Shown piece after piece: positions 18,254 to 28,359 of a stretch of 64,000 nt of DNA. The notes under the pieces are model-generated. The model made no database searches. It was not told where the DNA came from and worked only from the letters and a program-made list of their open reading frames with translations. Made by a program: the position numbers and the translations under genes. How positions within the stretch are numbered: the stretch's first letter is position 1; each line of letters starts with the position of its first letter. The stretch comes from Candidatus Melainabacteria bacterium 17Bon1m (GTDB taxonomy: Bacteria > Cyanobacteriota > Vampirovibrionia > Obscuribacterales > Obscuribacteraceae): NCBI GenBank assembly GCA_032128875.1, contig JAVLKG010000002.1, forward strand, positions 416,001 through 480,000. Direction: 5' to 3'.

Positions 18254-19315
18254 TTGGCTTCTACCAAGCGCATAATGTCCGGCATGCGTCCTACTGGGCG
18301 CTTGCACCTCGGACACTACTTTGGGGCGCTACTTAACTGGGTCGATTTTCAGAGTCGCTACGAGTCGTACTATTCAATCGTCGACTGGCATGCTCTAACT
18401 ACCAAGTATCAAGACAGCGCCTCCGTTCCTGCCAATGTCTTCGAGATTACTCTCGATTGGCTGGCTGTCGGCATCGATCCTGAGCAAGCGACGATTTACG
18501 TGCAATCTGCCATCCCGGAGATTGCTGAAATTCATTTATTGCTTTCAATGATCACCCCCCACAATTGGGTGGAGCGGGAGCCGACCTTGAAAGACATGGT
18601 TCGGATGCTGGCTCAAGACGAATCGGAAGCGCGAGAAAAGGCCACTTACGGCTTGCTCGGATATCCGGTTTTGATGTCTGCAGACATTTTGACATTTAAG
18701 GGAGAACTAGTCCCTGTCGGCAAAGATCAAGAGTCGCATTTGGAGTTTGCGCGCGACGTTGCTCGTCGATTCAATAACACTTACGGCGCTGACTTCTTCC
18801 CAGAGCCGAAGCCTGAGTTCACTGTAACGCCACTGCTTAAGGGCATGGACGGTATGAAAATGGGCAAGTCTTATGGCAATGACATCAAAATTGCTGATAC
18901 CGCCGATGAAACCATAAAAAGAGTAAGAACTATGGTGACGGATCGCACGCGTATCGCCAAAGCCGACCCCGGACATACTGATTTGTGCGAAGTTCCTTGG
19001 CCCTGGTACAAGGCACTTGCGAATGAAGAGCTCCGCGCCACCGTCAAAGACGAGTGCGAGAATGCAAAAATAGGTTGTGTAGATTGCAAGAAGCGCCTCG
19101 GTGGGCTGATTAACGATCGCTTTGCAGAGTTCCGAGAAAAACGCGCGAACCTTGCAAATGATCCCGAAAGAGTCTTTAAAATTATCGATTTCGGTAATAC
19201 AAAGGCGAGAAAAGTGGCATCTGAAACGCTTTCTCAAATGCGCGAAGTAATGGGAATGATCGATTGGAATGACAGCCAGAAGACTTGGTCCAAACTGATG
19301 AAGACTAAGGTCTAA
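18254..19315 (+). CDS. trpS: Tryptophan--tRNA ligase
   Basis: SGMRPTGRLHLGH (HIGH), GYPVLMSADIL, VPVGKDQ, KMGKS (KMSKS). Confidence 0.97.
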   Translation: MASTKRIMSGMRPTGRLHLGHYFGALLNWVDFQSRYESYYSIVDWHALTTKYQDSASVPANVFEITLDWLAVGIDPEQATIYVQSAIPEIAEIHLLLSMITPHNWVEREPTLKDMVRMLAQDESEAREKATYGLLGYPVLMSADILTFKGELVPVGKDQESHLEFARDVARRFNNTYGADFFPEPKPEFTVTPLLKGMDGMKMGKSYGNDIKIADTADETIKRVRTMVTDRTRIAKADPGHTDLCEVPWPWYKALANEELRATVKDECENAKIGCVDCKKRLGGLINDRFAEFREKRANLANDPERVFKIIDFGNTKARKVASETLSQMREVMGMIDWNDSQKTWSKLMKTKV

Positions 19316-19362
19316 ATTTTGCCTCGAGGGCAATCTCTTGTATGACTCACTGGATTCAATAA

Positions 19363-20871
19363 TTGATGAGTCTATTGAAAGACAGGATGCCAGTGTTCGG
19401 AGGTTCGACAAATAACTTGTCGCAAACACCGACGGTATGGAAAGAACGATTGGATACGCTCTCGCTTTTGCAGGGGCTTTGGCTGGTTTTCGTTTCGGTC
19501 TGGATACCGATTTCCATCAGCGCTGTTTGGATTGGCATAATTGTCGGTGCAGTTTTTTGGACTGCGACAAGCGCGATTGCATTGAAGATTGTTCTTGACG
19601 ATATGCCTAAAGATGGCAGTGTCAAGCCATTTTCTTATGTCGGGAAAAAACTCATGGCAATTATCGGCCTGGATGATTTGCCTTTCTTTGTTTCGATGGG
19701 CCTCTTCACTTTAGTGATTGTCTTTGCTGCATTTTGTGTGCCACTACTTGATGGAAAAACTTTCGGTGATGGGATGCGCGTTGCCACTCGAACTCTTGTT
19801 TCTCTAAAAGCCCTAATCATTTATCCGTGGGTATATCAGGTTCTTCGTCGTTGTCCTTCCGTAAAAGCCGCTGCCGTCTCAGCGCTATTACTCGTCAGCT
19901 CATTGTCTTGCTTGTATGCTCCCGTCGAGCCATATGTGAAATCGTTTCTTCGCAATATCACGGACAATCCACCGAGCGACCCATTCCTTCTGTTTCTCCA
20001 CCATATGACGGATGGTTTCGTCAGATGGGTGACAGGATCTCGCGTCGATTTTTTGCAAGGCACCGGTTTTCTCGAGCAACCGATGGCATTTGCAGGACAA
20101 ATGCAAACCGTGATGATGATGGCTCTGGCTCTCCTTCTTTGTAATGGCTACAAGAGTTTGCCTGGCATCTTCGGCAAGAAGTCTACAGCTATTGCAATCA
20201 CCATTTGTATTGCTGTGGGAATCATTTTCGGCGCCGAACGCAGCGCCTGGCTCGGTGTTTTTATTGGTGTAATCGTGGTTTGTGCAAGCGTTTCCAGAAA
20301 AACTGTGATTGCTTCTCTCATAAGCTTGTTCGTTATCGGCGGATTGTCTTATCTCGCCGTACCGATCGTAAAGAATCGAGTCGACGTCCTTCTCAATGGA
20401 AAAGATCCAAGCGTAGCTGCTCGTTTCGCTATCTGGGATTCCACTATTGATAGGTTCAAGCAAAAACCGATATTCGGCAGTTCACTGATTCGCTTCGGCG
20501 TCATTCACGCAAAAGGTGCAATGCCCGACAAAGGATACTTTGATCATGCTCACAGCAATTACCTGCACATGCTGGCCGCCACAGGGGTAGTGGGATTTGC
20601 GGCGTACATGTATTTGCTCTTTTCGATTTTTTCCACAACCGCAAAATTGTCCAGGGCGAAAACAACTGATGGCCTTTGCCAGGCAGATGTAGAAAAATTG
20701 AAATTCGAGCGCTCGATTGCCATAGGCTTGCTGGCTGCAAGCGCCTCTCTTGCCGTGTCTGGACTGTTCGAATTCAATTTCGGTACAGGACACGTGCGAC
20801 TGACTTACTTCTACTGGCTGGCTTTTCTCAGCCTGAGCAACTGCAGAGCAATGTCAGAAGAAAGAATTTAA
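19363..20871 (+). CDS. O-antigen ligase (Wzy_C) family membrane protein
   Basis: Multi-TM; ERSAWLG, RFAIW, HAHSNYLHMLAATGVVGF. Confidence 0.85.
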   Translation: MMSLLKDRMPVFGGSTNNLSQTPTVWKERLDTLSLLQGLWLVFVSVWIPISISAVWIGIIVGAVFWTATSAIALKIVLDDMPKDGSVKPFSYVGKKLMAIIGLDDLPFFVSMGLFTLVIVFAAFCVPLLDGKTFGDGMRVATRTLVSLKALIIYPWVYQVLRRCPSVKAAAVSALLLVSSLSCLYAPVEPYVKSFLRNITDNPPSDPFLLFLHHMTDGFVRWVTGSRVDFLQGTGFLEQPMAFAGQMQTVMMMALALLLCNGYKSLPGIFGKKSTAIAITICIAVGIIFGAERSAWLGVFIGVIVVCASVSRKTVIASLISLFVIGGLSYLAVPIVKNRVDVLLNGKDPSVAARFAIWDSTIDRFKQKPIFGSSLIRFGVIHAKGAMPDKGYFDHAHSNYLHMLAATGVVGFAAYMYLLFSIFSTTAKLSRAKTTDGLCQADVEKLKFERSIAIGLLAASASLAVSGLFEFNFGTGHVRLTYFYWLAFLSLSNCRAMSEERI

Positions 20872-20892
20872 TTGCTAGTCCTGTGGCAATTT

Positions 20893-21159
20893 TTAGTCTA
20901 TACGCAACCACGAAAAGCTCGGTGCGCCAACCATATAAGAACCATCTTGCATGGAAACCATGGTGAAGCCCGGATTGCGCTTTACTTTGATGCCGGAAGC
21001 ATATTCGACAAACACGATCTCACCTTCAGCGTCAGTATTGATTGTTGTTCCGTCGGGCATTGATTGCTCTTTGGCTATGCCGCTGTCCGGGCGCAATTGC
21101 TTGTACTTGGGAGCAGCGAATGTATTTAGAGAGGCGACAGAATTTATCATGCGCAACAC
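20893..21159 (-). CDS. Hypothetical small protein
   Basis: 88-aa beta-rich ORF filling the gap between convergent genes. Confidence 0.55.
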   Translation of the reverse strand: MLRMINSVASLNTFAAPKYKQLRPDSGIAKEQSMPDGTTINTDAEGEIVFVEYASGIKVKRNPGFTMVSMQDGSYMVGAPSFSWLRID

Positions 21160-21371
21160 CGAATCCTATGTGCCAAAGGAGAGGAGCGAATAAGTTGTGA
21201 ATGGCGTTTGGGTACTTTCAGATTAGGGACAATTTGTGACAGTACTATTACAAAATCGCCTTCAAAATAAATTTTGTCGATTTTCTTTCAAAAAGTTTTG
21301 AAATCCAGCCCGAAAAGTCGGAAATTGTCGAATCTCGTCGACTGGCTCGTTTCTTCAGGTTTTCCGATTGC

Positions 21372-22781
21372 CTATACAGTGGTTTGCAGCCAGGCTCTGG
21401 ACTGATATCGCCAGGCAGTCAGTATTCCCATGACGGCAACAGAGAGGGTCATAGACAGCCAGGCGCCATCCGGGCCCATATTCATATTGATGGCGAAGAA
21501 GTAAGCCACAGGCAAGCGTATCGCCCAGTTCGCAATATAGGAAATGATCATCGGGGTTTTGGTGTCGCCCGCACCTTGAAGTGCAGAACTGAGCACCATC
21601 GCCAGAGCAAGAAAGGGTCCGCCATAAGCGTTGTACCGAATGTACGAAGCAGTGATTGCAGCAGTGGCGCGATCTCGAGTCATGATGGCGGATAAGTGTT
21701 CCGAAAAAATGACCAGGAGCGCGCAACTGGTCAGCATCATGCCCAAGCCGATATAAGTGACGTGCCAACCCGCTCTAAAAGCGCGTTCTTCTTGTTTTGC
21801 TCCCAGGTTTTGTCCCACTATCGATGCCACCGCCAAACTGAGCGCCATAAGAGGCATGAAGACCAGCCCTTCAACTCTAATTCCGATCGTCCAGGCCGCC
21901 AGTGCTTCTGTCGGTTTTTCCAGACATCTCAATATAAAGAAGATAACGAATGTCGATAATCCCCATCCCAATCGCTGTAACGCGGCTGGTATGCCGATTT
22001 TTACGATGCGTTGGAGAACAGAAGGAATAAAAGGAAACATGTAGGACGTGCATCCTTTTAAAGGCGAACGCAGAAGAAAGCTGATGGCCACACACGCTCC
22101 GACGCTAGTGCCGATCACGCCCGACCAAGCGACGCCCGCGACTCCCAGACCGGCAACCGGCCAGCTGTGCAAGACGGTCAGGTAATCACCGGCAATATTC
22201 ACTGCCGTTGAGACCAGCATTATGATGAGCGTCGTGCGCGAATCACCTATGGCACGGAAAGCCGAATTGATGATGTTGAGCAAACTGAATGGAATCAAGT
22301 AGAGACAATATATAGATAGATATTGAGCGCCGATGTCCGCGACTTCAGGAGAGCGGCTGAATAATCCGACAATCTTGTGGGCGCCGAGTTTAGCCATGAT
22401 AAGGAGCGCTAGCCCGGTGAGAATAGCGAACACTAAAGACTGACCGGTCGCTCTGGCTGCCTCTTCTTGATCTTTGGCTCCGGTGGCGCGCGAAACCAGC
22501 GCCTGCGTGCCAACTCCTGTGGACATGATGAAAATCATGAGAATGAAGAGCACTTGCTCTGAGACGCCGACTGCCGCCTGAGCCGAGCTTCCCAGGTATC
22601 CTGCCACGTGCATATCGGCAAGACCGACAAGGGAACTGGAAATTGTGGTTACCATCAATGGCCAGGACATCGACCAGATTGCCTTCATAAGGCTTCCAGT
22701 CGCCAAATTCGCCGTCAGAGTGGTCTTTTCTTCAGGCTTGCTTTCCTTTTCCTTCCGCTCCGCATCGTCTAAAGCGGTCAT
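21372..22781 (-). CDS. MATE family efflux transporter
   Basis: Multi-TM two-repeat layout; FRAIGDSRT, VGQNLGA, LQGAGDTKTP. Confidence 0.93.
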   Translation of the reverse strand: MTALDDAERKEKESKPEEKTTLTANLATGSLMKAIWSMSWPLMVTTISSSLVGLADMHVAGYLGSSAQAAVGVSEQVLFILMIFIMSTGVGTQALVSRATGAKDQEEAARATGQSLVFAILTGLALLIMAKLGAHKIVGLFSRSPEVADIGAQYLSIYCLYLIPFSLLNIINSAFRAIGDSRTTLIIMLVSTAVNIAGDYLTVLHSWPVAGLGVAGVAWSGVIGTSVGACVAISFLLRSPLKGCTSYMFPFIPSVLQRIVKIGIPAALQRLGWGLSTFVIFFILRCLEKPTEALAAWTIGIRVEGLVFMPLMALSLAVASIVGQNLGAKQEERAFRAGWHVTYIGLGMMLTSCALLVIFSEHLSAIMTRDRATAAITASYIRYNAYGGPFLALAMVLSSALQGAGDTKTPMIISYIANWAIRLPVAYFFAINMNMGPDGAWLSMTLSVAVMGILTAWRYQSRAWLQTTV

Positions 22782-22866
22782 TTGGGGGTTTCCTCGACGC
22801 CAAATTGGTTACCTGCTATATTCTTCCAGATTCAAGACCCGGCAAGTGGCTGAGGAGATAAGGCTT

Positions 22867-23478
22867 ATGAAACTGCGCAGCAGCGTTTACGGTTGGAAAT
22901 CCGTTTGGATGGAGTTTGCCGACGAGCATCAAGGCTCATTTGACGACGGTCAAAAGGTTTTCGTAATGCGTGTTCCGGTGCCGGGCAAGCCATGGAATAT
23001 CACCTTTCACATGCATGAAAAGGGTGTCGGTGGTGCTGTAAGCGACAACAGTTCTGCTTTTCTTCCGTTTAAAGCGAAAGGAGCATTCAGCTTCGATCTT
23101 CATAATCGTAGTCTGGTTGGTGATGCGAGCAAAGTATTCGGCGCTCAGGACATCGAAATCGGCGAAGATGAATTTGATCGCGAATACATAATAAAAGGAT
23201 CTGACGAAAATCTCGTCAAACGAATTTTCGCCAGTGCGCGCATTCAAGAGCTTATTAAGTTGCAGCCGCACATCAAACTATTTATTCAGGATGAGCCGAA
23301 AGAATTGGCTGAACATGGCAGTGTGCCTCCTGGCATCCATGTGCTCGCATTCAAAGACAAAGCGGCAATCAATAGCTATGAGCGCTTGTCGCTGGTATAC
23401 GACTTGATGTTGGCTGTGTTGGAAGAAATGCTTGCCTGTGACGTTGCATCGCCGCAGGATCCCAGCTTTGACATCTAG
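22867..23478 (+). CDS. Hypothetical protein (DUF3137-like)
   Basis: GAGGAG RBS before ATG 22867; FGAQDIEIGEDEFDREYIIKG motif. Confidence 0.65.
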   Translation: MKLRSSVYGWKSVWMEFADEHQGSFDDGQKVFVMRVPVPGKPWNITFHMHEKGVGGAVSDNSSAFLPFKAKGAFSFDLHNRSLVGDASKVFGAQDIEIGEDEFDREYIIKGSDENLVKRIFASARIQELIKLQPHIKLFIQDEPKELAEHGSVPPGIHVLAFKDKAAINSYERLSLVYDLMLAVLEEMLACDVASPQDPSFDI

Positions 23479-23792
23479 GCTTTTTGCTTAAAGTCTACTT
23501 TGTATATTCTTCAGGCATCACCTGGAAAGGTGATGTCGCCTTGATTTCACGTGAAATATGATCATTTTCACGGGTTATTTCACAAGATTCTCACAACCAC
23601 TGGGAAGAATAAAAGCAGAGCGATATTCGCTCAAAGGATCTGGAGGCCTACCCAGAACCGGCAAATTTTGCACCACTGCGTTTATGAGGGTGAACCTTAC
23701 TAAATTCAGTACTATTTCAGTCCTAAATCAGGGTTCTAGACTAGTGGTCAAAATCGGATGCTGGGGGAAACATCGAAAGGGAGCTTTGACTT

Positions 23793-24140
23793 ATGACCGA
23801 AATTGATGACAATGACACATCCGACTCGGTCCGTCTTGCCGAGCTTTTGACAGAAGCTGGCTATATAAGCCAGAAAGATATCGATGAGGCGATGCAGATC
23901 GGGAAAGAAACCGGCATGCGTGTTGGGCGCGTGCTCATAGTGTCCGGCTGGCTATCAGAAAACCAATTGGTGGCCGCAGTGAAGGCGCAAACTCTTGTGA
24001 ATAACGGCAAAATCAGCCGTGGCGCGGCGGTTAGGGCCTTGAAAATTGCAGACGAGAAAGAGCTCTCTTTCGACAGTGCTCTTCAGAAAATGACCGCAAC
24101 CAGACTGCAGGCCCTGGTTAAGGTAGATACCCGTTCTTGA
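23793..24140 (+). CDS. Stand-alone MshEN (T2SSE_N-like) domain protein, candidate c-di-GMP receptor
   Basis: RLAELLTEAGYIS...RVGRVLIVSGWLSENQLVAAVKAQ tandem motif. Confidence 0.7.
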   Translation: MTEIDDNDTSDSVRLAELLTEAGYISQKDIDEAMQIGKETGMRVGRVLIVSGWLSENQLVAAVKAQTLVNNGKISRGAAVRALKIADEKELSFDSALQKMTATRLQALVKVDTRS

Positions 24141-24168
24141 GCGGGATTTAGAACGATTTTCGGCGATC

Positions 24169-24208
24169 AAAAGCGCTTCGTGAGGCTAAATTTCACGAAG
24201 CGTTTTTT
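24169..24208. terminator. Bidirectional intrinsic terminator
   Basis: A-run, stem CGCTTCGTGA/TCACGAAGCG, T6; between convergent genes. Confidence 0.8.
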
Positions 24209-24274
24209 CTTTTTGCATGTATAAAAACCGGCACCATATACGGTGACTATAACTTTCCGCGTCAATGAATTGGC

Positions 24275-24916
24275 CTAACGAAGCTCTGGATCTGTAATGC
24301 TCATCGACTCTTTGCTGAGCGGCTTGCGTGCACCGGTATGTACAGCACGCTCGGTGCCTTTCACGACCCCGCTCACCATGCCTGTTGCTACTCCGTATGG
24401 AACAGAAAGTGCGGCACCGAACAAGCGTGCGGTCAGGTCAGGTCTTCTTCCGTCCCAGGTCAAATCCTGCGAGACCTGAGCATTCATGCGCTTTGTCTCA
24501 CTGGCCATTGTTTTGGCGGCTCTATAAGGAACGCCGACCATAATCCCGCACATGACGCCTGCAGCTTTTTTGGGGGCTGATATGGCGTTCGAAAGACCTC
24601 CTGCGCTCTTGGGATTTTCGTCCGGAACGTCCCTGGCACTATCAGAATCTTTGGACGCAATTTGTTTTTTCTCTTGCGATCCTCTTCTGAAAAGCGAGAG
24701 CTTGCCGGTTTTCTTGGGCAACACTTCTTCGTTGTCTTGGATTTCCATCCTTATGGGGCGCGGCGGCTCCGCTTGTACTTTGGGTTTTGCGCTCGCCGGT
24801 TCTTCGTCGAATAAGACATCATCTAGCGCTGTGGCCGGTCCTGCTGCGAAGAGCGATACTAGCGCCGCCAGAATGAGCGACTGATTCGTCAGGCAAGTGG
24901 CTGGTCTAATGCGCAT
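24275..24916 (-). CDS. Hypothetical exported protein
   Basis: Signal-peptide-like N-terminus from ATG 24916; Gly-rich hydrophobic C-terminal helices. Confidence 0.65.
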   Translation of the reverse strand: MRIRPATCLTNQSLILAALVSLFAAGPATALDDVLFDEEPASAKPKVQAEPPRPIRMEIQDNEEVLPKKTGKLSLFRRGSQEKKQIASKDSDSARDVPDENPKSAGGLSNAISAPKKAAGVMCGIMVGVPYRAAKTMASETKRMNAQVSQDLTWDGRRPDLTARLFGAALSVPYGVATGMVSGVVKGTERAVHTGARKPLSKESMSITDPELR

Positions 24917-25032
24917 GATTTTCCAAAGGGGCGTATGAAAGCGAAGGCTATTCGGCAAATTATAGCCGCTTCCTTGCAACCGCTATTGTAATAGCTTTTA
25001 ACTAATCAACCGGGCAGTGATTCCCGGGCTTG

Positions 25033-26673
25033 TCAGGAGATTGAAGCTTTGACTTTCTTTCCGAAGTGGTCGGTCAGTCTTCTCAGTGTTGGAGAAATGT
25101 CGTCTTCGGAGATTCTCGCGTCAATTAGATATAGAGAATCGCTGTTGTTCGCATCTTTCAATGCTTGTTTGAACTCTTCGGGTGTTTGCGCTGTCACGCC
25201 TTTACCGCCAAGTGCTTTGGCTAAAAGAGCGTAATCCCATCTCTGCAAATCATAGTAGTCGCGCTTTTGATCGATGAATCGAAGCATTGCGTAGCTGGCA
25301 TTATTGAAGAGGATAACAATCGGATTGATTCCAAGTTTGATGGCAGTGCTGATTTCCATACCGGTCATTTGGAAACCACCATCACCGACGAGGATGATGG
25401 AGCGGCGCTTAGGATTGGCAATCTGTGCCCCAATGCCGGCTGGAACACCGAAGCCCATGCTGGAATAGTATCCAGGGGCAATGAAGATGTCTGTCTTCAA
25501 GCTCATGCCCGCATACAAGCAGTCTCCAACGTCAGAAACCACGGCAAACTTCTCGCTCATCATGTCGTTTAGCTGATTGATCATGTGAGCAACCGTGAGA
25601 TTTTTGTCTCCGTTTTTCGGCTCGATCAATTCCGGCTCAATGGAAGGCAGGCTGAATCTGAGAGTCGGCTTCACTTTGGATGTCGTAAGGTCGATCAATT
25701 GATCGATGAGCGATCTGAGATTGACGCCGTTATAAGTGTGATGTCCTGCTGTTACTTCATGTGCTGTGCACTGGATGAGAGCCTTGGCAGGCAGTTTTGC
25801 TGTGTATCCGGCAGTTTCCATTTCCGTAAGGACTGTCCCCAGCGAAAGAATCAAGTCGGCTGACTCCACGTATTCTTTTACTTTGGGATTGCCGAATTGT
25901 CCGAAATAGTTTCCGGCAAAGCACGGGTGAGACTCTGGGAATGAGGCTTTTCCAAGTATTGATGTAACAACTGGAATGTTCAGAGCCTCGGCAAGTGCCA
26001 CCACTTTGTCTTTCAGGTTGAAGCGTCTGACTTCGACACCAACAAAAAGAACCGGTTGCTGTGCCTCTTTTAGACGGTCGATGATTTCGTGAACTGCTTC
26101 TTCGAGCGCAGCAGAAGGCGCTTCCATTGCACTCGGTGCGCTTTCTTGAATGTCCAGCTCGTAATTGACCATGTCCCGTGGAATTTCGATGTATCCGGGG
26201 CGGGAGTATTTTGTGGTGGTTTCAAAAACCCTATCGATTTCGTCTTGGGCTGTAGCCGGGTTGGCAAGCAGAGCCTGTGATTCAGTCACTTCTTTGAAGA
26301 CATTGAACTGGGTGTCGAAGTTCTTGACGCAGTGGTGGAGCTGCGGCTTTTGGCTTCTGTAGCGGGTTTCGGGGCTGCCTGAAATAATGAGCAGCGGTGA
26401 TTCTTCGGCGTAAGCGAGACCGACAGAGTTGATCATATTTAAGCCGCCGGCACCGTAGGTAACAAGACCTACGCCCAGACCTTTCAAGCGAGCATAGGCA
26501 TCTGCTGCATAGCCAACCGAAGGCTCGTGCGTCATGACCACTGTTTTTAGCTTGGTCTTTTCCTGGGCTGCATAAAGCGGCAGAATGAAATCACCTGGAA
26601 TGCCAAACGTCGTGTCGACGCCAGAATCCTTGATGCGGTCGAAAAGATACTCTGCCAGTTTGCGTTTTGTCAT
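25033..26673 (-). CDS. ipdC: ThDP-dependent alpha-keto acid decarboxylase (indolepyruvate/phenylpyruvate decarboxylase family)
   Basis: FGIPGDF, HEPSVGYAADAYAR, LHH, GDGGFQMTG...NN ThDP motif; substrate not determinable from sequence. Confidence 0.85.
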   Translation of the reverse strand: MTKRKLAEYLFDRIKDSGVDTTFGIPGDFILPLYAAQEKTKLKTVVMTHEPSVGYAADAYARLKGLGVGLVTYGAGGLNMINSVGLAYAEESPLLIISGSPETRYRSQKPQLHHCVKNFDTQFNVFKEVTESQALLANPATAQDEIDRVFETTTKYSRPGYIEIPRDMVNYELDIQESAPSAMEAPSAALEEAVHEIIDRLKEAQQPVLFVGVEVRRFNLKDKVVALAEALNIPVVTSILGKASFPESHPCFAGNYFGQFGNPKVKEYVESADLILSLGTVLTEMETAGYTAKLPAKALIQCTAHEVTAGHHTYNGVNLRSLIDQLIDLTTSKVKPTLRFSLPSIEPELIEPKNGDKNLTVAHMINQLNDMMSEKFAVVSDVGDCLYAGMSLKTDIFIAPGYYSSMGFGVPAGIGAQIANPKRRSIILVGDGGFQMTGMEISTAIKLGINPIVILFNNASYAMLRFIDQKRDYYDLQRWDYALLAKALGGKGVTAQTPEEFKQALKDANNSDSLYLIDARISEDDISPTLRRLTDHFGKKVKASIS

Positions 26674-26858
26674 GACATCCACCGTGGCTGCTTTCGAAAG
26701 CGTGATGCTTTCATGCGGCAGCAAATCTAGTAACAGGCGGAATTGTAGCGCGATGAGACTGCAGAAGCCTGCTTTCAATCATTTCTTCTTCATTTCCTAT
26801 TTGTAATTTGAATGACTGCGATTTGGGATAATCAGGAAGTACTAAATTTGGATACGCG

Positions 26859-27332
26859 ATGAAACCGGCACCGAAAACTCAGTTTGTCTTTGAAGAAAAG
26901 GAAGTCTTCAAAAGGCATTGGTTCAAGCACTTTTCTCGCATTTGCATTTCGCTCATCATCGTGGCGTTGAACGTATGCATGGTGATGAGCAGCGTCGATC
27001 GCATGCTGCATGGCGGAAGCATGCCCATCCATATGGAGTTGCTTAGTTTCTTGTTTTTGGCATTCATCGACATAACCATGTTCGTTCCGATGGTTTTAGA
27101 AGCCAATGAAGTGATCGCCACTCCCAGCCATCTGACACTAAAACTTCTCTATTTCAAGAAAACGCTGGCATGGAGCCAGATCAGCGAGTTCAAAACGTGG
27201 AATTTCCTGGTTTATGCAGGCGTAAAGTCCGGCAGATGTTTTTATTTGATTAACAGGCGAGAGATAAAAGGTTTTGACAAACTGGCGAAGATCATTGCGG
27301 AGCGCGTTCCTTTGATAGAAAAGAAGGAGTAA
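26859..27332 (+). CDS. Hypothetical membrane protein (two TM helices plus PH-like tail)
   Basis: Two hydrophobic helices followed by KTLAWSQI motif. Confidence 0.65.
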   Translation: MKPAPKTQFVFEEKEVFKRHWFKHFSRICISLIIVALNVCMVMSSVDRMLHGGSMPIHMELLSFLFLAFIDITMFVPMVLEANEVIATPSHLTLKLLYFKKTLAWSQISEFKTWNFLVYAGVKSGRCFYLINRREIKGFDKLAKIIAERVPLIEKKE

Positions 27333-27393
27333 AACGCTCCTTATATACTGTACGCTGGCCTCTAGGCAGTCTCACCAGCGATTGGAAACGGTA

Positions 27394-27816
27394 ATGGCAC
27401 AGAAGAAGATACGCGTTTTAATTGGCAAACCCGGCTTAGATGGGCACGATCGTGGTGCGAAAGTAGTCGCCCGGGCTCTTAGAGATGCCGGGATGGAAGT
27501 CGTCTACACCGGTTTGCATCGCTCGCCTGAAGAGATTGTCGAAACGGCGATTCAGGAAGACGTTGATGCTATCGGGCTGAGCGTACTCTCCGGAGCGCAC
27601 ATGACGCTATTGCCTCGTGTAGTTGAACTGCTCAAGCAGCAGAAAGTCGATGACATTCTAGTTTTCGGCGGTGGAGTTATACCGGAGGAGGATAGGCAAC
27701 TGCTTCTTTCTCAAGGCATTAAAGAGGTATTCGTGCCCGGTAACGCTACCCAGCGAACTATTGAGTTTTTAAAAGAGCATTTTGCTGAGCGCAACGGCGC
27801 TCACAAGGTTTCTTAA
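27394..27816 (+). CDS. Cobalamin-binding subunit of a methylmalonyl-CoA mutase-type enzyme
   Basis: KPGLDGHDRGAK (DxHxxG), AIQEDVD.IGLS.LSGAH, GGVIP. Confidence 0.93.
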   Translation: MAQKKIRVLIGKPGLDGHDRGAKVVARALRDAGMEVVYTGLHRSPEEIVETAIQEDVDAIGLSVLSGAHMTLLPRVVELLKQQKVDDILVFGGGVIPEEDRQLLLSQGIKEVFVPGNATQRTIEFLKEHFAERNGAHKVS

Positions 27817-27991
27817 ATAAATCCTAATTACATCCTGTCTATTATCTTGCTCCACCCGGGTATACCTACTTAGGAGCAGACATGCTTCATTAATTATTCG
27901 GTTTTTTGATAAAAATTGCTGAATTATCTCTTGAAGACCGTGTTATACTCCTACAACGTGAGCACTCCCTATATTTGGAGAGTTCGATTAG

Positions 27992-28222
27992 ATGAGACCA
28001 GACGAGAGCAGCAAATTCAACGAAGAAAAGCGCGTTGATTTCGACAATGCAACCACCAGCTGGGAGTCCAGACTGTTGTTTGCAGCGAGATTAATGTTCA
28101 AGCCTACTTCTGAAGCTGAATTGAGAGCAGATTGCGCCAGTGCGCAACGCAACGATTTTGTTGTGTTGAATGCCACACGCGGTTTGACTCGCGACCAAGC
28201 AATGGAAGACGCGTACGCTTAA
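27992..28222 (+). CDS. Hypothetical small protein
   Basis: 76 aa, GGAGAG RBS, TG-n-TATACT upstream, own terminator downstream. Confidence 0.6.
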   Translation: MRPDESSKFNEEKRVDFDNATTSWESRLLFAARLMFKPTSEAELRADCASAQRNDFVVLNATRGLTRDQAMEDAYA

Positions 28223-28246
28223 TTAGTCGAATTTGAACATATTGTC

Positions 28247-28271
28247 AAAAGGGTTCGAAAGAGCCCATTTT
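28247..28271 (+). terminator. Intrinsic terminator
   Basis: GGGTTC-GAAA-GAGCCC followed by ATTTT. Confidence 0.6.
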
Positions 28272-28359
28272 GTGTTGCGTGGATTCTTTTTAGAAACGCT
28301 TTTACCTACTGGTACAATGAAAGGCAGTTGGTTGCTGGGTTCTTACTAGTAGGGATTGA

